Of a DNA stretch of 64,000 nucleotides, positions 18,252 through 29,551 are shown one piece after another. Location: the NCBI GenBank assembly GCA_965216035.1, contig CBDCFM010000004.1:2780-66779 (forward strand), written 5' to 3'. Source of the stretch: Terriglobia bacterium (GTDB lineage Bacteria > Acidobacteriota > Terriglobia > 20CM-2-55-15). The translations under genes and the position numbers were made by a program. Each line of letters opens with the position of its first letter. The first letter of the stretch is position 1. Below the pieces are notes generated by a model. The model made no database searches and was not told the origin of the DNA. It saw nothing but the letters and a program-made list of their open reading frames with translations.

Positions 18252-18638
18252 TCAATCGACTAAGGCAATGCATTCGATTTCGATGGCGACACCAAGAGGG
18301 AGGCCGGCGACCTGGACGGTTGCACGTGCGGGTGGGGAATTCCGGAAGAACTCCGCGTAGATGCCGTTCACCTCTTTGAAGTTTCCCATGTCATCGAGAT
18401 AGATCGTGACTTTAACGACGTCGCGCATGGAGGCGCCGGCACCTGTCAGGATTCCCTGGAGATTGAGTAGAGACTGCCTGGTCTGGGCTCGGACGGATTT
18501 GTCTTCGATGAGCTGTCCGGTGGCTGGATCCAGGGGGATCTGACCGGAAACGAACACGAAGTTACCCGCCTGAACGGCCTGCGAATAGGCTCCGATGGCA
18601 GAGGGGCCCAGTGGTGTTGAGATCACTTTTTTTTGCAT
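18252..18638 (-). CDS. ridA: RidA/YjgF enamine-imine deaminase
   Basis: GAYSQAV, VSGQIPLDP, PPARATVQV, IEIECIA. Confidence 0.92.
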   Translation of the reverse strand: MQKKVISTPLGPSAIGAYSQAVQAGNFVFVSGQIPLDPATGQLIEDKSVRAQTRQSLLNLQGILTGAGASMRDVVKVTIYLDDMGNFKEVNGIYAEFFRNSPPARATVQVAGLPLGVAIEIECIALVD

Positions 18639-18647
18639 GGTTTGGGT

Positions 18648-20834
18648 CTATTGTCCGATCTGGGTGGCGGTGTTTATTGGTTTCGTGGAGCGCATGACGT
18701 CGTAGACTCCGTCAAGTCCACGGATGGCGGCGATAACCCTCTCCAGATGTTTCATGTCGGGTATTTCGACAGTCATGTCGATCACGCCTCGTTCCTCATC
18801 AGTCCTGGCGGACACGTCCAGTATATTGGAGCGGTTGTTGGAGATCGCCGCTGAAATCCCGGCAAGAATGCCGTGACGGTCGGCCGTGATGATCGTCAGA
18901 TGAACGGCATATGCCTCGGCGGCGACGGCGCGCCCCTCCCACTGAACATCGATGCGCCGATCCGCTTCATACATCAGGTTCTGCACATTCGGACATTTCT
19001 TGGCGTGGACGGCGACCCCCTTGCCCCGGGTCACGTAGCCGATGATTTCCTCACCCCGGATCGGGTTGCAGCATTTCGCTCGATAAACGAGCAGGTCGTC
19101 CATGCCCTTGACCTTGATCTTGACGTCTTCCCCGAAACCGAACACCTTCTTGACGGCGGCGGTGAACCTCGAATCCGGTGCGGCGGGTTCGCCCAACGCT
19201 TCCGGCCGAAGCTTGGCCAGAAGCTGTCGAGCCGAAACCTTGCCAAAACCGATCGCGGACCAGAGGTCATCGACTCGCGCACATCCGTAATCCGGCGCAA
19301 CTTTCGCCAGCCGGTCATGTTGAGTCAGTTCCTTTACACTGAGTTTGTACTTGCGGGCTTCTTTCTCGAGAAGTTTTCTTCCCAACTCGATGGACTTGGT
19401 CCGTTCCTGAACTGTCAGCCAGTGACGAATCTTGTTTCTTGCGCGCGACGTCTTGACGAAATTGAGCCAGTCGCGGCTGGGATGATGCTCGGGCTGAGTC
19501 ACAATCTCGACAATGTCGCCGTTGGAAAGCTTGGTCTTGAGCGGCGACAGACGCCCGTTGATCTTGGCGCCCACACAAGTGTGGCCGACCTCGGTGTGAA
19601 TCGAGTAGGCGAAATCGACGGAAGTGGCGTCGCTCGGGAGGGTGATAACCTGGCCCTTGGGTGTAAAAGTGTAAGTCTCTTCCGGATAGAGGTCGACCTT
19701 AAGCGTACTCAGAAAGTCCGTGGGGTCTTTCATCTCCTGCTGCCATTCGACCAGATGCCGGAGCCAGGAAACGCGCTGGTCTTCACGATTATCCGCCACC
19801 AGTTTTCCGTCCTTGTACTTCCAGTGGGCGGCAATCCCGTCTTCGGCCACACGGTGCATTTCGGCGGTTCGAATCTGGACTTCGAAGGCCTGACCACCGG
19901 CAATGACGGATGTATGCAGGGACTGGTACATGTTGGGGCGCGGTATCGCGATGAAATCCTTGATTCGGCCGGGCACCGGACGCCAGGTGTTGTGAATCAC
20001 CCCCAGCGCGGCGTAGCAGCTCTTGATGTCGTCGGTCACGATACGGATGGCCAGCAGGTCGAAGACCTGATCGATGGTGATTCTCTGACGGCGAAGCTTC
20101 TGGTCGATCGAATAGATCCGCTTGATTCTTGCCTCCGTGGTACACCGTATCCCCTGCTCTTCCATGTTGATGGCAATGATCCTCCGAACCTCCTCCAGAA
20201 ATTGATCGTTGACCTTCCTCTTGGCGTCGAGCGAGTCCTTGATCTCTTTGTACGACTTCGGGTCCAGAAAACTGAACGCCAGGTCCTCGAGCTCCCCGCG
20301 AATCTTTCCCATACCAAGCCGGTGGGCAAGAGGCGCATAAATCTCGAGCGTTTCCCGGGCGATTGCCTCCCGGCGTTCTGCACGCAGGTGTCGAAGCGTC
20401 CTCATGTTGTGCAAACGGTCCGCGAGCTTGACGACGATGACCCGGATGTCGTCACTCATCGCCAAGAGCATCTTTCGAAAATTCTCAGCCTGTTTCTGTT
20501 CTGTAGAGGTGAAATAGATCTGGCTGATCTTGGTGAGGGCGTCAACGATGTGGGCGATCTCAGACCCGAACATTTCCTCGAGCTTCTCGAGCGAAATCAT
20601 CGTGTCTTCAACAATGTCATGAAGCAGGCCGATGCTGACCGTTACCGCATCCATCTTGATCTCGGCCAGGACATTGGCAACCTCAAGCGGATGGGTCAGG
20701 TAGGGCTCTCCCGATGCCCGGACCTGGCCTTTGTGCTCTTTTGCCGAGAACAGGTAGGCGCGGCGCACGACCTCCAGATCGTCTTCAGGGTGATACTTCT
20801 GGATCTTGTCCAGTATCTGTTGTAGGCGGATCAT
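18648..20834 (-). CDS. relA: bifunctional (p)ppGpp synthetase/hydrolase
   Basis: HD motif (LLHDIVEDT), KLADRLHNMRT, YQSLHT, EVQIRT, TGS, CC and ACT domains. Confidence 0.96.
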   Translation of the reverse strand: MIRLQQILDKIQKYHPEDDLEVVRRAYLFSAKEHKGQVRASGEPYLTHPLEVANVLAEIKMDAVTVSIGLLHDIVEDTMISLEKLEEMFGSEIAHIVDALTKISQIYFTSTEQKQAENFRKMLLAMSDDIRVIVVKLADRLHNMRTLRHLRAERREAIARETLEIYAPLAHRLGMGKIRGELEDLAFSFLDPKSYKEIKDSLDAKRKVNDQFLEEVRRIIAINMEEQGIRCTTEARIKRIYSIDQKLRRQRITIDQVFDLLAIRIVTDDIKSCYAALGVIHNTWRPVPGRIKDFIAIPRPNMYQSLHTSVIAGGQAFEVQIRTAEMHRVAEDGIAAHWKYKDGKLVADNREDQRVSWLRHLVEWQQEMKDPTDFLSTLKVDLYPEETYTFTPKGQVITLPSDATSVDFAYSIHTEVGHTCVGAKINGRLSPLKTKLSNGDIVEIVTQPEHHPSRDWLNFVKTSRARNKIRHWLTVQERTKSIELGRKLLEKEARKYKLSVKELTQHDRLAKVAPDYGCARVDDLWSAIGFGKVSARQLLAKLRPEALGEPAAPDSRFTAAVKKVFGFGEDVKIKVKGMDDLLVYRAKCCNPIRGEEIIGYVTRGKGVAVHAKKCPNVQNLMYEADRRIDVQWEGRAVAAEAYAVHLTIITADRHGILAGISAAISNNRSNILDVSARTDEERGVIDMTVEIPDMKHLERVIAAIRGLDGVYDVMRSTKPINTATQIGQ

Positions 20835-20943
20835 CGCTCAATCACCAATGCGTTGTCTACCACAGTGGCAGTGAGGTCCTTTTTTGTCAAACTCGGGAGG
20901 GCCTCACGTTATCGCGGGCGGCCGGCCGGCGCCGCAGGGATCG

Positions 20944-20970
20944 AAAAAAAGGGCCACCCGAAGGTGGCCC
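20944..20970 (-). terminator. rho-independent terminator of the TonB operon
   Basis: Minus strand GGGCCACC-TTCG-GGTGGCCC-TTTTTTT. Confidence 0.85.
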
Positions 20971-21006
20971 GCTGTACTTTCGAATCGTTTGAACTCGACT
21001 CGTCGC

Positions 21007-21792
21007 TTATGTACCTTCGCCACCGAGCTGCTCGGCCGCTTCTTCCGCGTTCCTCTGGCGGGTTTCCAATGCCATGTTGAACCACTCGTCAGCCATCGCG
21101 AGGATTGCGACTCTCTTTTCCTCTGCTTCGGCTTCCGCTGCATCCTGGTCCTCGGCTTCCGGATCGGCGACGATCAGCTCGGCGGCCTGGCGATACAGCA
21201 GGTTCTTATAACTCATGGCATCTTCGTAGTTCTCATCAAGAGCGAGCGCCGTATCCAGGTACTGTTGTCCCTCTTCGATCAGGTCACTCAGCTCTTCGAC
21301 AGGCCGCTCAACGGTCTTGTCGAACACGATCATCCAGTTCAGGCTCCCGACACTGTAGTGCGCGACCGGATTATCTGGGGTGATCTGCGCCTGTTGCAGA
21401 TAGAAATCGCGGGCCTTATCCAGCTCATTCGTGTTCTGGTAGATACTCGCCAACCCTGCAATCGCGCTCACATTCACCCCATCGCGAGCCAGGACGTTCT
21501 CAAACGTCTCGATGGCCATATCCGCATGGCGCCGGTTTTCTTCAGACAGTGCGCCTGGGATAAATTGCTGCGAATAGGCAGTCGCCAGGTAAAGTTCCGC
21601 ATTCACCAGCCCAGGATCGAGTTCGATCGCGAGCTTGAAGAAGTCCACTGCACTCGGGTAGTTGGCCTCGCGGAAAGCCCGGACACCCTTGTTCAGATTG
21701 TCCCGGGCCTGCAACCTCTGGCACCCGGTCAGTCCCAGTGAAAGCAGTCCGAGAAGCGCGAAAACAAGTTTCGTTTGCCGCATTTTTAACAC
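21007..21792 (-). CDS. TPR lipoprotein of the TonB/ExbBD operon
   Basis: Lipobox LTGC; TPR-like helices (ARDNLNKGVRAF). Confidence 0.8.
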   Translation of the reverse strand: MLKMRQTKLVFALLGLLSLGLTGCQRLQARDNLNKGVRAFREANYPSAVDFFKLAIELDPGLVNAELYLATAYSQQFIPGALSEENRRHADMAIETFENVLARDGVNVSAIAGLASIYQNTNELDKARDFYLQQAQITPDNPVAHYSVGSLNWMIVFDKTVERPVEELSDLIEEGQQYLDTALALDENYEDAMSYKNLLYRQAAELIVADPEAEDQDAAEAEAEEKRVAILAMADEWFNMALETRQRNAEEAAEQLGGEGT

Positions 21793-21806
21793 ACCTCCGC
21801 CTTGGC

Positions 21807-22238
21807 TTAATTACCTGCCGTGATCTGTTCAGTCATCAGACCGATCTTGTCCACACCGGAACCCTTTGCGATGTCGATTACCTGAATCACGTCGTTGAAC
21901 AGAAGATCGGGGTCCGCGTTGACGAAGACTGTACGGTCATTGCGGGTCTTGAAGATGTCCTGCAACTGCGTGCTCAATGTTCGAAGCTCTGCAGGATCCT
22001 GATTGATCATGATCTGCCCACGATTGTCGATCGATATCACGACGGTTCGGTTTTCCTCATCCGGCGGTGGCGGCGGGGTTCCCGGCGGCGGAGGTTGGGG
22101 AACCGCTGCGTCGAGCCCCTTCGGAACCAATGGTGTGATGACCATGAAGATCACCAACAGGACCAACAACACGTCAATCAACGGCGTGATGTTGGGTTCG
22201 GCTTTGGCCTTGAGTTGTTTTCCAAATTTAGTTGCCAT
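21807..22238 (-). CDS. exbD: ExbD/TolR family protein
   Basis: NITPLIDVLLVLLVIFMV. Confidence 0.9.
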   Translation of the reverse strand: MATKFGKQLKAKAEPNITPLIDVLLVLLVIFMVITPLVPKGLDAAVPQPPPPGTPPPPPDEENRTVVISIDNRGQIMINQDPAELRTLSTQLQDIFKTRNDRTVFVNADPDLLFNDVIQVIDIAKGSGVDKIGLMTEQITAGN

Positions 22239-22249
22239 CTCGCCTCCAG

Positions 22250-22684
22250 TTACTGCCGCACCATGTCGTCGAGCCGTTCAGTCAACAAGCCGATCCTGTC
22301 CACACCCGCGGCCCGAACACCATCGACAACCGCTACCACGTCTCCGTATTTCGCCCGGAAATCGCTTTTTATATAGACGGTCCTGTCGAGTCTGGTCGAG
22401 AGCAGGTCGAGGACCTTCCCCGGCAACTCTTCGAGCGTGACTCGATCCTTGGTCAGATAGAACTTCCCGTCACGAGTCACCGCAACCAGCACGGCATCGT
22501 CCGCGTCGGCTTCGTTCATGTCGATAGGGTTGTTAGTCTTGGCCATCTCCACGCTGACACCCTTCTGCAACATGGGCGTAATGACCATAAAGATGATCAG
22601 CATGACCAACATCACGTCGGCCATCGGCGTCACGTTGATCTCAGCCGTTATTCCACCACGCTCGCCGCCACCTGACATACTCAT
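22250..22684 (-). CDS. exbD: ExbD/TolR family protein
   Basis: EINVTPMADVMLVMLIIFMV. Confidence 0.9.
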   Translation of the reverse strand: MSMSGGGERGGITAEINVTPMADVMLVMLIIFMVITPMLQKGVSVEMAKTNNPIDMNEADADDAVLVAVTRDGKFYLTKDRVTLEELPGKVLDLLSTRLDRTVYIKSDFRAKYGDVVAVVDGVRAAGVDRIGLLTERLDDMVRQ

Positions 22685-22685
22685 A

Positions 22686-23402
22686 TCAACTACCTCGCCG
22701 CTTCACGAAATAATCAATCAACTCGGACGAGGAGTTGGTCATTTCGATCTGGAATGCTTCAACCGAAGTGGAAAAAGAGTTGTAAGCCCAGACTGCGGGG
22801 ACCGCAACGAAAAGACCGAAAGCGGTCGCTACCAGGGCCTCGGAGATTCCACCAGCCACAGCAGACAGTCCCGCGGTCTTTTCACTCGACATGCCCTGGA
22901 AGGCGTTAATGATACCAACCGTGGTACCGAACAGTCCCACGAAGGGTGCCGTCGCGCCAATGGTCGCGAGGCCGGAAAGGCCGCGTTTCAGTTCGGCGTT
23001 AACGATCGCTTCGGCCCTTTCACAGGCACGCCGGGACGATTCGATCTGCTCCCCGGATAATTCGGTCGAAGATCCCTGAGCACGAAACTCCTGCAGGCCG
23101 GCTTCCACAACCTTGGCCAGATGGCTTTTCTTGTTCTGCTCGGCGACACTGATGGCTTCTTCGATTTTTCCTTCTTTCAGACAGCCGGCAACGGCAGGGG
23201 CAAATTCCCGAGACTGCTTGCGCGCCCCGGAAAAAGAGATGTATCGATCGATCATGACGCCGATGGACCACGCCGACTGGATCGCAAGCAGAACGACGAC
23301 TGCTTTGGCCATCAGGCCCATCTGCGACCACATGGAGCGCAGATCAAAACCGACTTCCTGCAACAGCATCAGCCCCAAAAAATTGAGCTTGTAAAGCAAC
23401 AT
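22686..23402 (-). CDS. exbB: MotA/TolQ/ExbB proton channel
   Basis: [29 protein letters not shown]. Confidence 0.92.
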   Translation of the reverse strand: MLLYKLNFLGLMLLQEVGFDLRSMWSQMGLMAKAVVVLLAIQSAWSIGVMIDRYISFSGARKQSREFAPAVAGCLKEGKIEEAISVAEQNKKSHLAKVVEAGLQEFRAQGSSTELSGEQIESSRRACERAEAIVNAELKRGLSGLATIGATAPFVGLFGTTVGIINAFQGMSSEKTAGLSAVAGGISEALVATAFGLFVAVPAVWAYNSFSTSVEAFQIEMTNSSSELIDYFVKRRGS

Positions 23403-23482
23403 AAGATCAAAATCCTCCTACAGATTCGTAACCGGAACTCTTTAAGAAAACACTCCGATAATCGTTTTAGCGACGACGATTG

Positions 23483-24238
23483 TTAGTTGGCGAACGCGAA
23501 GTTAACCGTGACCGTTGTCACGACTTCGACGGGTTCACCGTTCAGCATCGTCGGCTTGTATTGCCACTGGCTCACGGCGTCCTGGGCCGCCTTGATTAAC
23601 AGCGGATGGCCCGTGATCACTCGCAAATTCTGAATCGTGCCATCTTTTCCGATCACCGCTTCCAACACGACCACTCCCTGAATGCGGGCCTGCTTCGCCA
23701 ACGGCGGATACACGGGCCGGACCTGGGAAATCATATTCGCCTGTTGCACGTTTCCACCCACGCGAACCCGCTGCGGCGGGGGCGGGGGCGGCGGTGGCGG
23801 GGGCGGTGGCGGGGGCGGCGGTGGCGCCGCATTGGCCTGTGCCCTGAGCACACCACCGAGAACCCCAGACAGCACGCCGGTGTTCGTCCCACCAATCACG
23901 CCGGCCACGGACGGCGGTGGTCCGGTATCGACGATACGGGCGACTTCATCGGGAATTTCTGTTGGCGCAACCATTGCGCCGGGATCGATCTGGACTTCCG
24001 TCACAACAATGGGCGCCGGAGGCAATTCCTCCGGTGGCGGGGGCGGTGGCGGTGGCGGGGGTGGGGGCGCAACCAGGAACGTCATCAGCTGCGAGGCCGG
24101 AAGCGCCTCGGTATAGATCAACGGGATCAGGACCAACACGACGATCATGACAGTGTGGACAACTACTGATATCAGAATCGTGACGGGCTTTCTACCTCTC
24201 CCCTCCGCTGAAGACTCAATCAAGGAATCCTCAAACAT
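23483..24238 (-). CDS. tonB: TonB family energy transducer
   Basis: TM anchor, poly-Pro tracts, YPPLAKQARIQGVV. Confidence 0.9.
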   Translation of the reverse strand: MFEDSLIESSAEGRGRKPVTILISVVVHTVMIVVLVLIPLIYTEALPASQLMTFLVAPPPPPPPPPPPPEELPPAPIVVTEVQIDPGAMVAPTEIPDEVARIVDTGPPPSVAGVIGGTNTGVLSGVLGGVLRAQANAAPPPPPPPPPPPPPPPPPQRVRVGGNVQQANMISQVRPVYPPLAKQARIQGVVVLEAVIGKDGTIQNLRVITGHPLLIKAAQDAVSQWQYKPTMLNGEPVEVVTTVTVNFAFAN

Positions 24239-24464
24239 ACCGTTCGTGACCTCCTTACTCTAAACTTCAACCTGTTCGATGCCTCCAGAGGAAGGCAATT
24301 CCAAATTCTTAAGATCACAGCCCTTCCGAACACAAAGCAGCGATAATCTACGAATGAATCCGTGAGAAGCAAATCGGTGTGGCTTATCTCTCAGAGCGAT
24401 TCTTATACCAATCGATTCGTTCGCCTGTCAACTATTAATGCCCCTCAGGATGGGCACGCTCCTT

Positions 24465-25427
24465 CTACTTCGCTCGCGCTGCGCCGGGCAACTTTGCGGG
24501 CGCCATGGCCCTGGCTCGCGCCCGATCTCGGTAATTGCTGTAAATCAGTACGGTCGGCGACGCAATCGCGACGGAGGAGTATGTTCCTACCAGCACTCCA
24601 ACCAGAAGCGCAAACGCGAAATTATTGATCACATCACCACCAAAAAGATACATCGCCAGCGCGGCCACCAAGGTCAGACCCGACGTCAGGATCGTCCGGC
24701 TCAAGGTCTGGTTGATACTCTTATTCAGTGTCTCTTCCAGTGTTTGTCTCCGGCTGATCCGAAGGTTCTCACGTACCCGATCGAACACCACAATCGTGTC
24801 GTTCACAGAGTAGCCGACCAGGGTCAAGAGCGCGGCAATCACGGTCAGGTTGATCTCTTTGTTGAAGATCGAAAAGAAACCCAGCGTGATCAGCGTGTCG
24901 TGAAACACCGCTAGAACGGCAGCGCCTCCATAGATCCATTCGAAGCGGAATCCGATGTAGACCAGTATGCCGCCCAGCGCATACAAGGTTGCCAAAACGG
25001 CTTGCCGCCGCAGGTCCGCTCCGACCTTCGGCCCCACTTCTTCCGATTTCAGGATCTCGAACTGGCCTTCGAACCCCTCATTCAAGGCCGCAGTGATGAC
25101 TTCCCGGCCGCGACCAAGATCTTCCAGGACGACTTCCTGCTCCACCTGGATCAGGATGTCGTTGCCGTCGCCCCCGCGAAGTTCCTGAATCTGACTCTCG
25201 GGTGCGCCGCCTTCGCGAAGCAAGTCCCGAATGCGGTCGATTTCCGGCGGATTCTGGAACCGGACATAGACAATCGCTCCGCCCTGAAAATCGACGCCGT
25301 AACGGAGCGACCCTTCACTGACAATCGAGATGAGGCCGGCCAACAGCAACACAGTCGATATCCCGAAAAAAAGACGGCGTTTGCCTTGCCAATTGACCTT
25401 GATACCACCAAAAAATTCCACCATCAA
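24465..25427 (-). CDS. secF: protein translocase subunit SecF
   Basis: GVDFQGG, VGPKVG, GYSVNDTIVVFDRVRE, GTYSS. Confidence 0.96.
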   Translation of the reverse strand: MMVEFFGGIKVNWQGKRRLFFGISTVLLLAGLISIVSEGSLRYGVDFQGGAIVYVRFQNPPEIDRIRDLLREGGAPESQIQELRGGDGNDILIQVEQEVVLEDLGRGREVITAALNEGFEGQFEILKSEEVGPKVGADLRRQAVLATLYALGGILVYIGFRFEWIYGGAAVLAVFHDTLITLGFFSIFNKEINLTVIAALLTLVGYSVNDTIVVFDRVRENLRISRRQTLEETLNKSINQTLSRTILTSGLTLVAALAMYLFGGDVINNFAFALLVGVLVGTYSSVAIASPTVLIYSNYRDRARARAMAPAKLPGAARAK

Positions 25428-25486
25428 GCTTTACCTAACTGTAGACACCGGGAACCTCTCACTTGTTCCCGTAAATTCATGTTGTG

Positions 25487-27088
25487 CTAAATGCTCAGCG
25501 TCGGAACCCGTTCTGCCCGACCCAGCGTCCACTCAAAAAGCGTTCTCGAAACAAACACCGCGGTAAAAACGTTTGCCACCAGTCCGATCACCAACGTGAC
25601 CGCAAATCCCTTTACGGGGCCCGTTCCGAACAGGAACAGCATGACTGCAGAAATGAGCGCGGCCAGGTGGGTGTCCACGATCGTGACGAAGACCCGGTTG
25701 AATCCGGTCACGACGGCCGACACGGCCGTCTTTCCGGAACGGAGCTCCTCACGAATCCGCTCGAAGATCAGAATATTGGAATCGATACCCACACCTATGG
25801 TCAGGATGATTCCGGCAATTCCGGGCAGCGTCAAAACCGCGTTGAAATAGGCCAGGGCTCCGAACAGGATGATGATGTTCAACAGCATCGCGATGGTCGC
25901 GTTGACTCCCGACAGCCGGTAATAGAAAAGCATGAAGCAGACGACGCCAACAAGTGAAACCAGGCCCGCTACGATGCCTTGTCGAATGGAGTCGGCGCCG
26001 AGCGAGGGCCCCACGACCCGTTCTTCCAGGTATTCGATGGAAGCAGGCAGCGCACCGGATCTCAAGACCAGGGCAAGATCCGCGGCCTCCTGGAGGTTGA
26101 ATCCTCCGGCACCACCGGTAATTTGTCCTGAATCGGTGATGCGGCCCTCAATATTCGGCGCCGATTGGATCCTGCCGTCGAGCACGATCGCCAGAGACCG
26201 TCCGATGTTTGCACTCGTCACGCGGCCGAAACGTTGCGCACCGTCGGCGTTCAGATTGAAACTGACCGCCGGGCGTCCATTCATATCTCGCGAGGTATAT
26301 GCATTCTTCAGATCTCTTCCAGTGATCGCGGCAATCTGCTCGACAGCGTACCAGGCCTCTCCAAACCCGGACGCCACGTCTTCAATCGAATCCAGCAACT
26401 GGAGGTTCGGGGGTATGGCACCGCCATAACTGGCCACGACAGCCTGCTGGTTTGGAAAAGGTCCGGAATCGACCATCTTCAGCTCGAGGAGCGCCGTGGA
26501 CTGCATGAGGTTCTTGACCCGCGCGGGGTCGTCTACACCCGGCAACTGCACCAGGATCTCGTACTCTCCCGGACCGCCATGTTCCTGAATCGTCGGTTCG
26601 GTAACGCCAAATTCATCAATGCGGTTTCGGATCGTCTGAATGGCCTGTTCCACGGCCTGATCCCGAAAGATAACCTCGGTGGCTGTTTCCAGCCCCATGG
26701 TGTAGGTGTTGGGAACCTCACCCGCTGTCGAAAGCAGGTTCCACTCCCCGAACTGGTCCGAAAGGATGCGTCTAAATTCCGAGTCCTTGCTTGGATCCAC
26801 GCCGACGATTTCGAAGCGGTTGTCGTCCAGACGGGATGTCTGGCGGAACGCGATACCGTCAAGACCCAGGGCTTCGGTCATACGTTCAATCGCCTGATCG
26901 GTTTCAGCTCTTATGGAATCTTCCGTGACGACCTGCAACACGAGATGGGTGCCACCCTTCAGGTCCAGACCGAGACGGATACGTTCCTGGACATTCGCCA
27001 GGCTGGGAGGAAATCCCGCGAACAAAAAGACAGCTAGGGCCGTGATCGCGGCCGAGACAATCAGACGATTACGAATTCTCTTAGTCAT
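25487..27088 (-). CDS. secD: protein translocase subunit SecD
   Basis: LGLDLKGG, LRSGALPA, VGPSLG, IFERIREE. Confidence 0.96.
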   Translation of the reverse strand: MTKRIRNRLIVSAAITALAVFLFAGFPPSLANVQERIRLGLDLKGGTHLVLQVVTEDSIRAETDQAIERMTEALGLDGIAFRQTSRLDDNRFEIVGVDPSKDSEFRRILSDQFGEWNLLSTAGEVPNTYTMGLETATEVIFRDQAVEQAIQTIRNRIDEFGVTEPTIQEHGGPGEYEILVQLPGVDDPARVKNLMQSTALLELKMVDSGPFPNQQAVVASYGGAIPPNLQLLDSIEDVASGFGEAWYAVEQIAAITGRDLKNAYTSRDMNGRPAVSFNLNADGAQRFGRVTSANIGRSLAIVLDGRIQSAPNIEGRITDSGQITGGAGGFNLQEAADLALVLRSGALPASIEYLEERVVGPSLGADSIRQGIVAGLVSLVGVVCFMLFYYRLSGVNATIAMLLNIIILFGALAYFNAVLTLPGIAGIILTIGVGIDSNILIFERIREELRSGKTAVSAVVTGFNRVFVTIVDTHLAALISAVMLFLFGTGPVKGFAVTLVIGLVANVFTAVFVSRTLFEWTLGRAERVPTLSI

Positions 27089-27096
27089 ACCGATTT

Positions 27097-27393
27097 CTAC
27101 TCGCTCTCCGGCTGTTGGAATGACGTCACGGCGTTACGCGAAATATCGATCTTGACGTTCTCGGCAATCCGCAACTGCAGTTTGTCTCCCCTCAGGGCGA
27201 CGACCGTTCCGAGAATACCACCCGTAGTGATCACTTTATCGCCCGTCTTCAGGTTGTCGATCATCTCCTGGAGCTTTTTCTGCTTCCGACGGGCGGGCAG
27301 GAACACGATCAGATAGAAAATGCCAATGATGAAAATCAGGGGAAGAAACGCAGCCAGGCCACCCGATTGGGGCGCCGGCACCTGTAACAACAA
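27097..27393 (-). CDS. yajC: preprotein translocase subunit YajC
   Basis: LKTGDKVITTGGILG; tgt-yajC-secD-secF order. Confidence 0.93.
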   Translation of the reverse strand: MLLQVPAPQSGGLAAFLPLIFIIGIFYLIVFLPARRKQKKLQEMIDNLKTGDKVITTGGILGTVVALRGDKLQLRIAENVKIDISRNAVTSFQQPESE

Positions 27394-27444
27394 GCTGAAC
27401 CTCCGGAACGCAAAACGGGCCCAGGTTTACTGGGCCCTGAAACT

Positions 27445-28536
27445 TCAAGTGACTATTAGCAATTCACTAAACCGTTCAGATTCAATAAAATGCCTTATTT
27501 TTCGCATAGTGTCAAGGTAGAAAAACAGGTTGTGAACCGTGTTTAACATCGAAGACAAAATCTCCCGGGACACAAAGAGGTGCCGCAGATAAGCACGGGA
27601 GTATTTGAGACAAACCGGACACCGGCAGTCCGGGTCGATCGGGTCGGGATCTTCGCGGTACCTGGCATGTCGTATCACGATATGTCCGTCGCCGGAAAAC
27701 AGCCAGCCGTTGCGGGCATGGCGCGTCGGCATGACGCAGTCGAACATGTCTACGCCCCTGGCCACCGACGCCACCAGGTCCGCCGGGGTTCCAACGCCCA
27801 TCAGGTATCGCGGCCTGTCGGCGGGGAGGCAGGCGGCCGTCTCTTCCACCATGTCGTACATCATGGGAATCGGTTCGCCCACTGCGAGCCCGCCAATCGC
27901 GTACCCGGCGAAACCGGTTTCGATCAAGCGGGCGGCACTTTCTTTCCGCAAGTCCGGATATGTGGAACCCTGGACGATTCCGAATAATGCCTGGGAAGAG
28001 GGCTCGCGGGAATCAAAGTGCACTCGGCTGCGTTGGGCCCAATCCATGGATCGTCGCATGGAGGCAGCCGCATCTTCCCGGGTCGCCGGGTGAGCCAGGC
28101 AGTCATCGAGAACCATCACAATGTCGGATCCCAACGCGGACTGGATATCCACAGCGAGTTCGGGCGTCAGGAAAAAAGAGTCTCCGTTCAGATGGGAGCG
28201 GAAAGAGACTCCCTCCTCGCTGACTTTCCTGAGGTCGCTCAGGCTGAACACCTGGTAGCCGCCACTGTCGGTAAGGATCGGTCCATCCCAGCCCATGAAA
28301 GAGTGGAGCCCCCCCTGACGCCGGATCACCTCATGGCCGGGACGCAGGAACAGATGGTACGAGTTTGAAAGAATGATCTCGGCACCCAGCTCGCGAAGCT
28401 GCTCCGGCATGACCGCTTTGACGGTCGCCTGGGTTCCGACCGGCATGAAAACCGGAGTTTCGATGAGCCCGTGGGCCGTGTGCAGCCGCCCCCGGCGCGC
28501 GCCAGTCGCCAAATCGGTCTTCAAAAGTTCGAACAT
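27445..28536 (-). CDS. tgt: tRNA-guanine transglycosylase
   Basis: TPVFMPVGT, LTDSGGYQ, RYLMGVG, CxCxxC zinc site. Confidence 0.96.
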   Translation of the reverse strand: MFELLKTDLATGARRGRLHTAHGLIETPVFMPVGTQATVKAVMPEQLRELGAEIILSNSYHLFLRPGHEVIRRQGGLHSFMGWDGPILTDSGGYQVFSLSDLRKVSEEGVSFRSHLNGDSFFLTPELAVDIQSALGSDIVMVLDDCLAHPATREDAAASMRRSMDWAQRSRVHFDSREPSSQALFGIVQGSTYPDLRKESAARLIETGFAGYAIGGLAVGEPIPMMYDMVEETAACLPADRPRYLMGVGTPADLVASVARGVDMFDCVMPTRHARNGWLFSGDGHIVIRHARYREDPDPIDPDCRCPVCLKYSRAYLRHLFVSREILSSMLNTVHNLFFYLDTMRKIRHFIESERFSELLIVT

Positions 28537-28582
28537 TTATTTACGCAGATTACGCAGATAAGCTGCGTATAGATTTGTTCCC

Positions 28583-29551
28583 CTACTCCACAAAGTGACA
28601 CGCCGCCAGACGACCGTCGCCGATCCGTTGGAGCGGCGGTTCCTCGGTCCTGCAGCGGTCCTCCACGATGGGACATCGCGTGTGGAATCGACAGCCCGAC
28701 GGTGGGTTGATCGGTGTCGGAACGTCCCCTCGCAGGATTATCCGCTCCCTCTTCCTCCCGGGTTCCGGCACCGGGACCGCGCTCAACAAAGCCTTGGTGT
28801 AAGGATGCTTCGGGTGGATACAGATCTCGGCACTGGTACCCACCTCGACAAGCTTGCCGAGATACATCACACCGATCCGGTTCGAAATGTGCTCGATCAC
28901 CGGAATTCCGTGAGAGATGAACAGGTAAGTCAGGCCAAACTGCTTCTGAAGGTCGGCCAACAGGTTGATGATCTGAGCCTGGATGGAGACGTCCAGCGCC
29001 GAAACCGGTTCGTCCGCGACGATCAGCTTCGGCTTCATCGCCAGTGCCCGGGCAATGCCGATTCGCTGGCGTTGGCCGCCGCTGAATTCATGCGGGTAGC
29101 GGTTGCCGACCACCGGATCCAACCCGACGGTCTCCAGCAACCGGGCAACGCGGCGGTCCCGGTCGGAACCGCTGGCCGTCCCGTGGATCGCGAAAGGTTC
29201 ACCGACTATGGATCGAATCGGCATGCGCGGGTTCAGCGACGCGTAGGGATCCTGAAAGATGATCTGCATGTCGCGCCGGCGTTTTCGAAGGTCTCGTGCC
29301 CCGAGCGCCCGGAGATCGATTCCGTCGAACTGAATGTCTCCGGCGTCAGGTTCGATAAGACGCAAGATGGCGCGTCCCGTGGTCGTTTTGCCACATCCCG
29401 ATTCACCCACGAGACCAAAAGTTTCACCCTGTTTGATCGAGAAACTCACATCATCGACTGCCTTGACATAGTCAGACACGCGGGACAGAACGCCGCCGCG
29501 AATCGGAAAGTACTTACGCAGGTTGCGGACTTCCAGGAGGTTCTCAGGCAT
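28583..29551 (-). CDS. oligo/dipeptide ABC transporter ATP-binding protein (OppF/DppF)
   Basis: [17 protein letters not shown]-terminal [10 protein letters not shown]. Confidence 0.93.
   Translation of the reverse strand: MPENLLEVRNLRKYFPIRGGVLSRVSDYVKAVDDVSFSIKQGETFGLVGESGCGKTTTGRAILRLIEPDAGDIQFDGIDLRALGARDLRKRRRDMQIIFQDPYASLNPRMPIRSIVGEPFAIHGTASGSDRDRRVARLLETVGLDPVVGNRYPHEFSGGQRQRIGIARALAMKPKLIVADEPVSALDVSIQAQIINLLADLQKQFGLTYLFISHGIPVIEHISNRIGVMYLGKLVEVGTSAEICIHPKHPYTKALLSAVPVPEPGRKRERIILRGDVPTPINPPSGCRFHTRCPIVEDRCRTEEPPLQRIGDGRLAACHFVE

Noticed and set aside
18873-20825. 650-aa plus-strand ORF
   Set aside because: Antisense shadow of relA/spoT; typical of high-GC codon bias; no motifs
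23770-24070. GGCGGTGGCGGG tandem repeats
   Set aside because: They encode the poly-proline tracts of TonB
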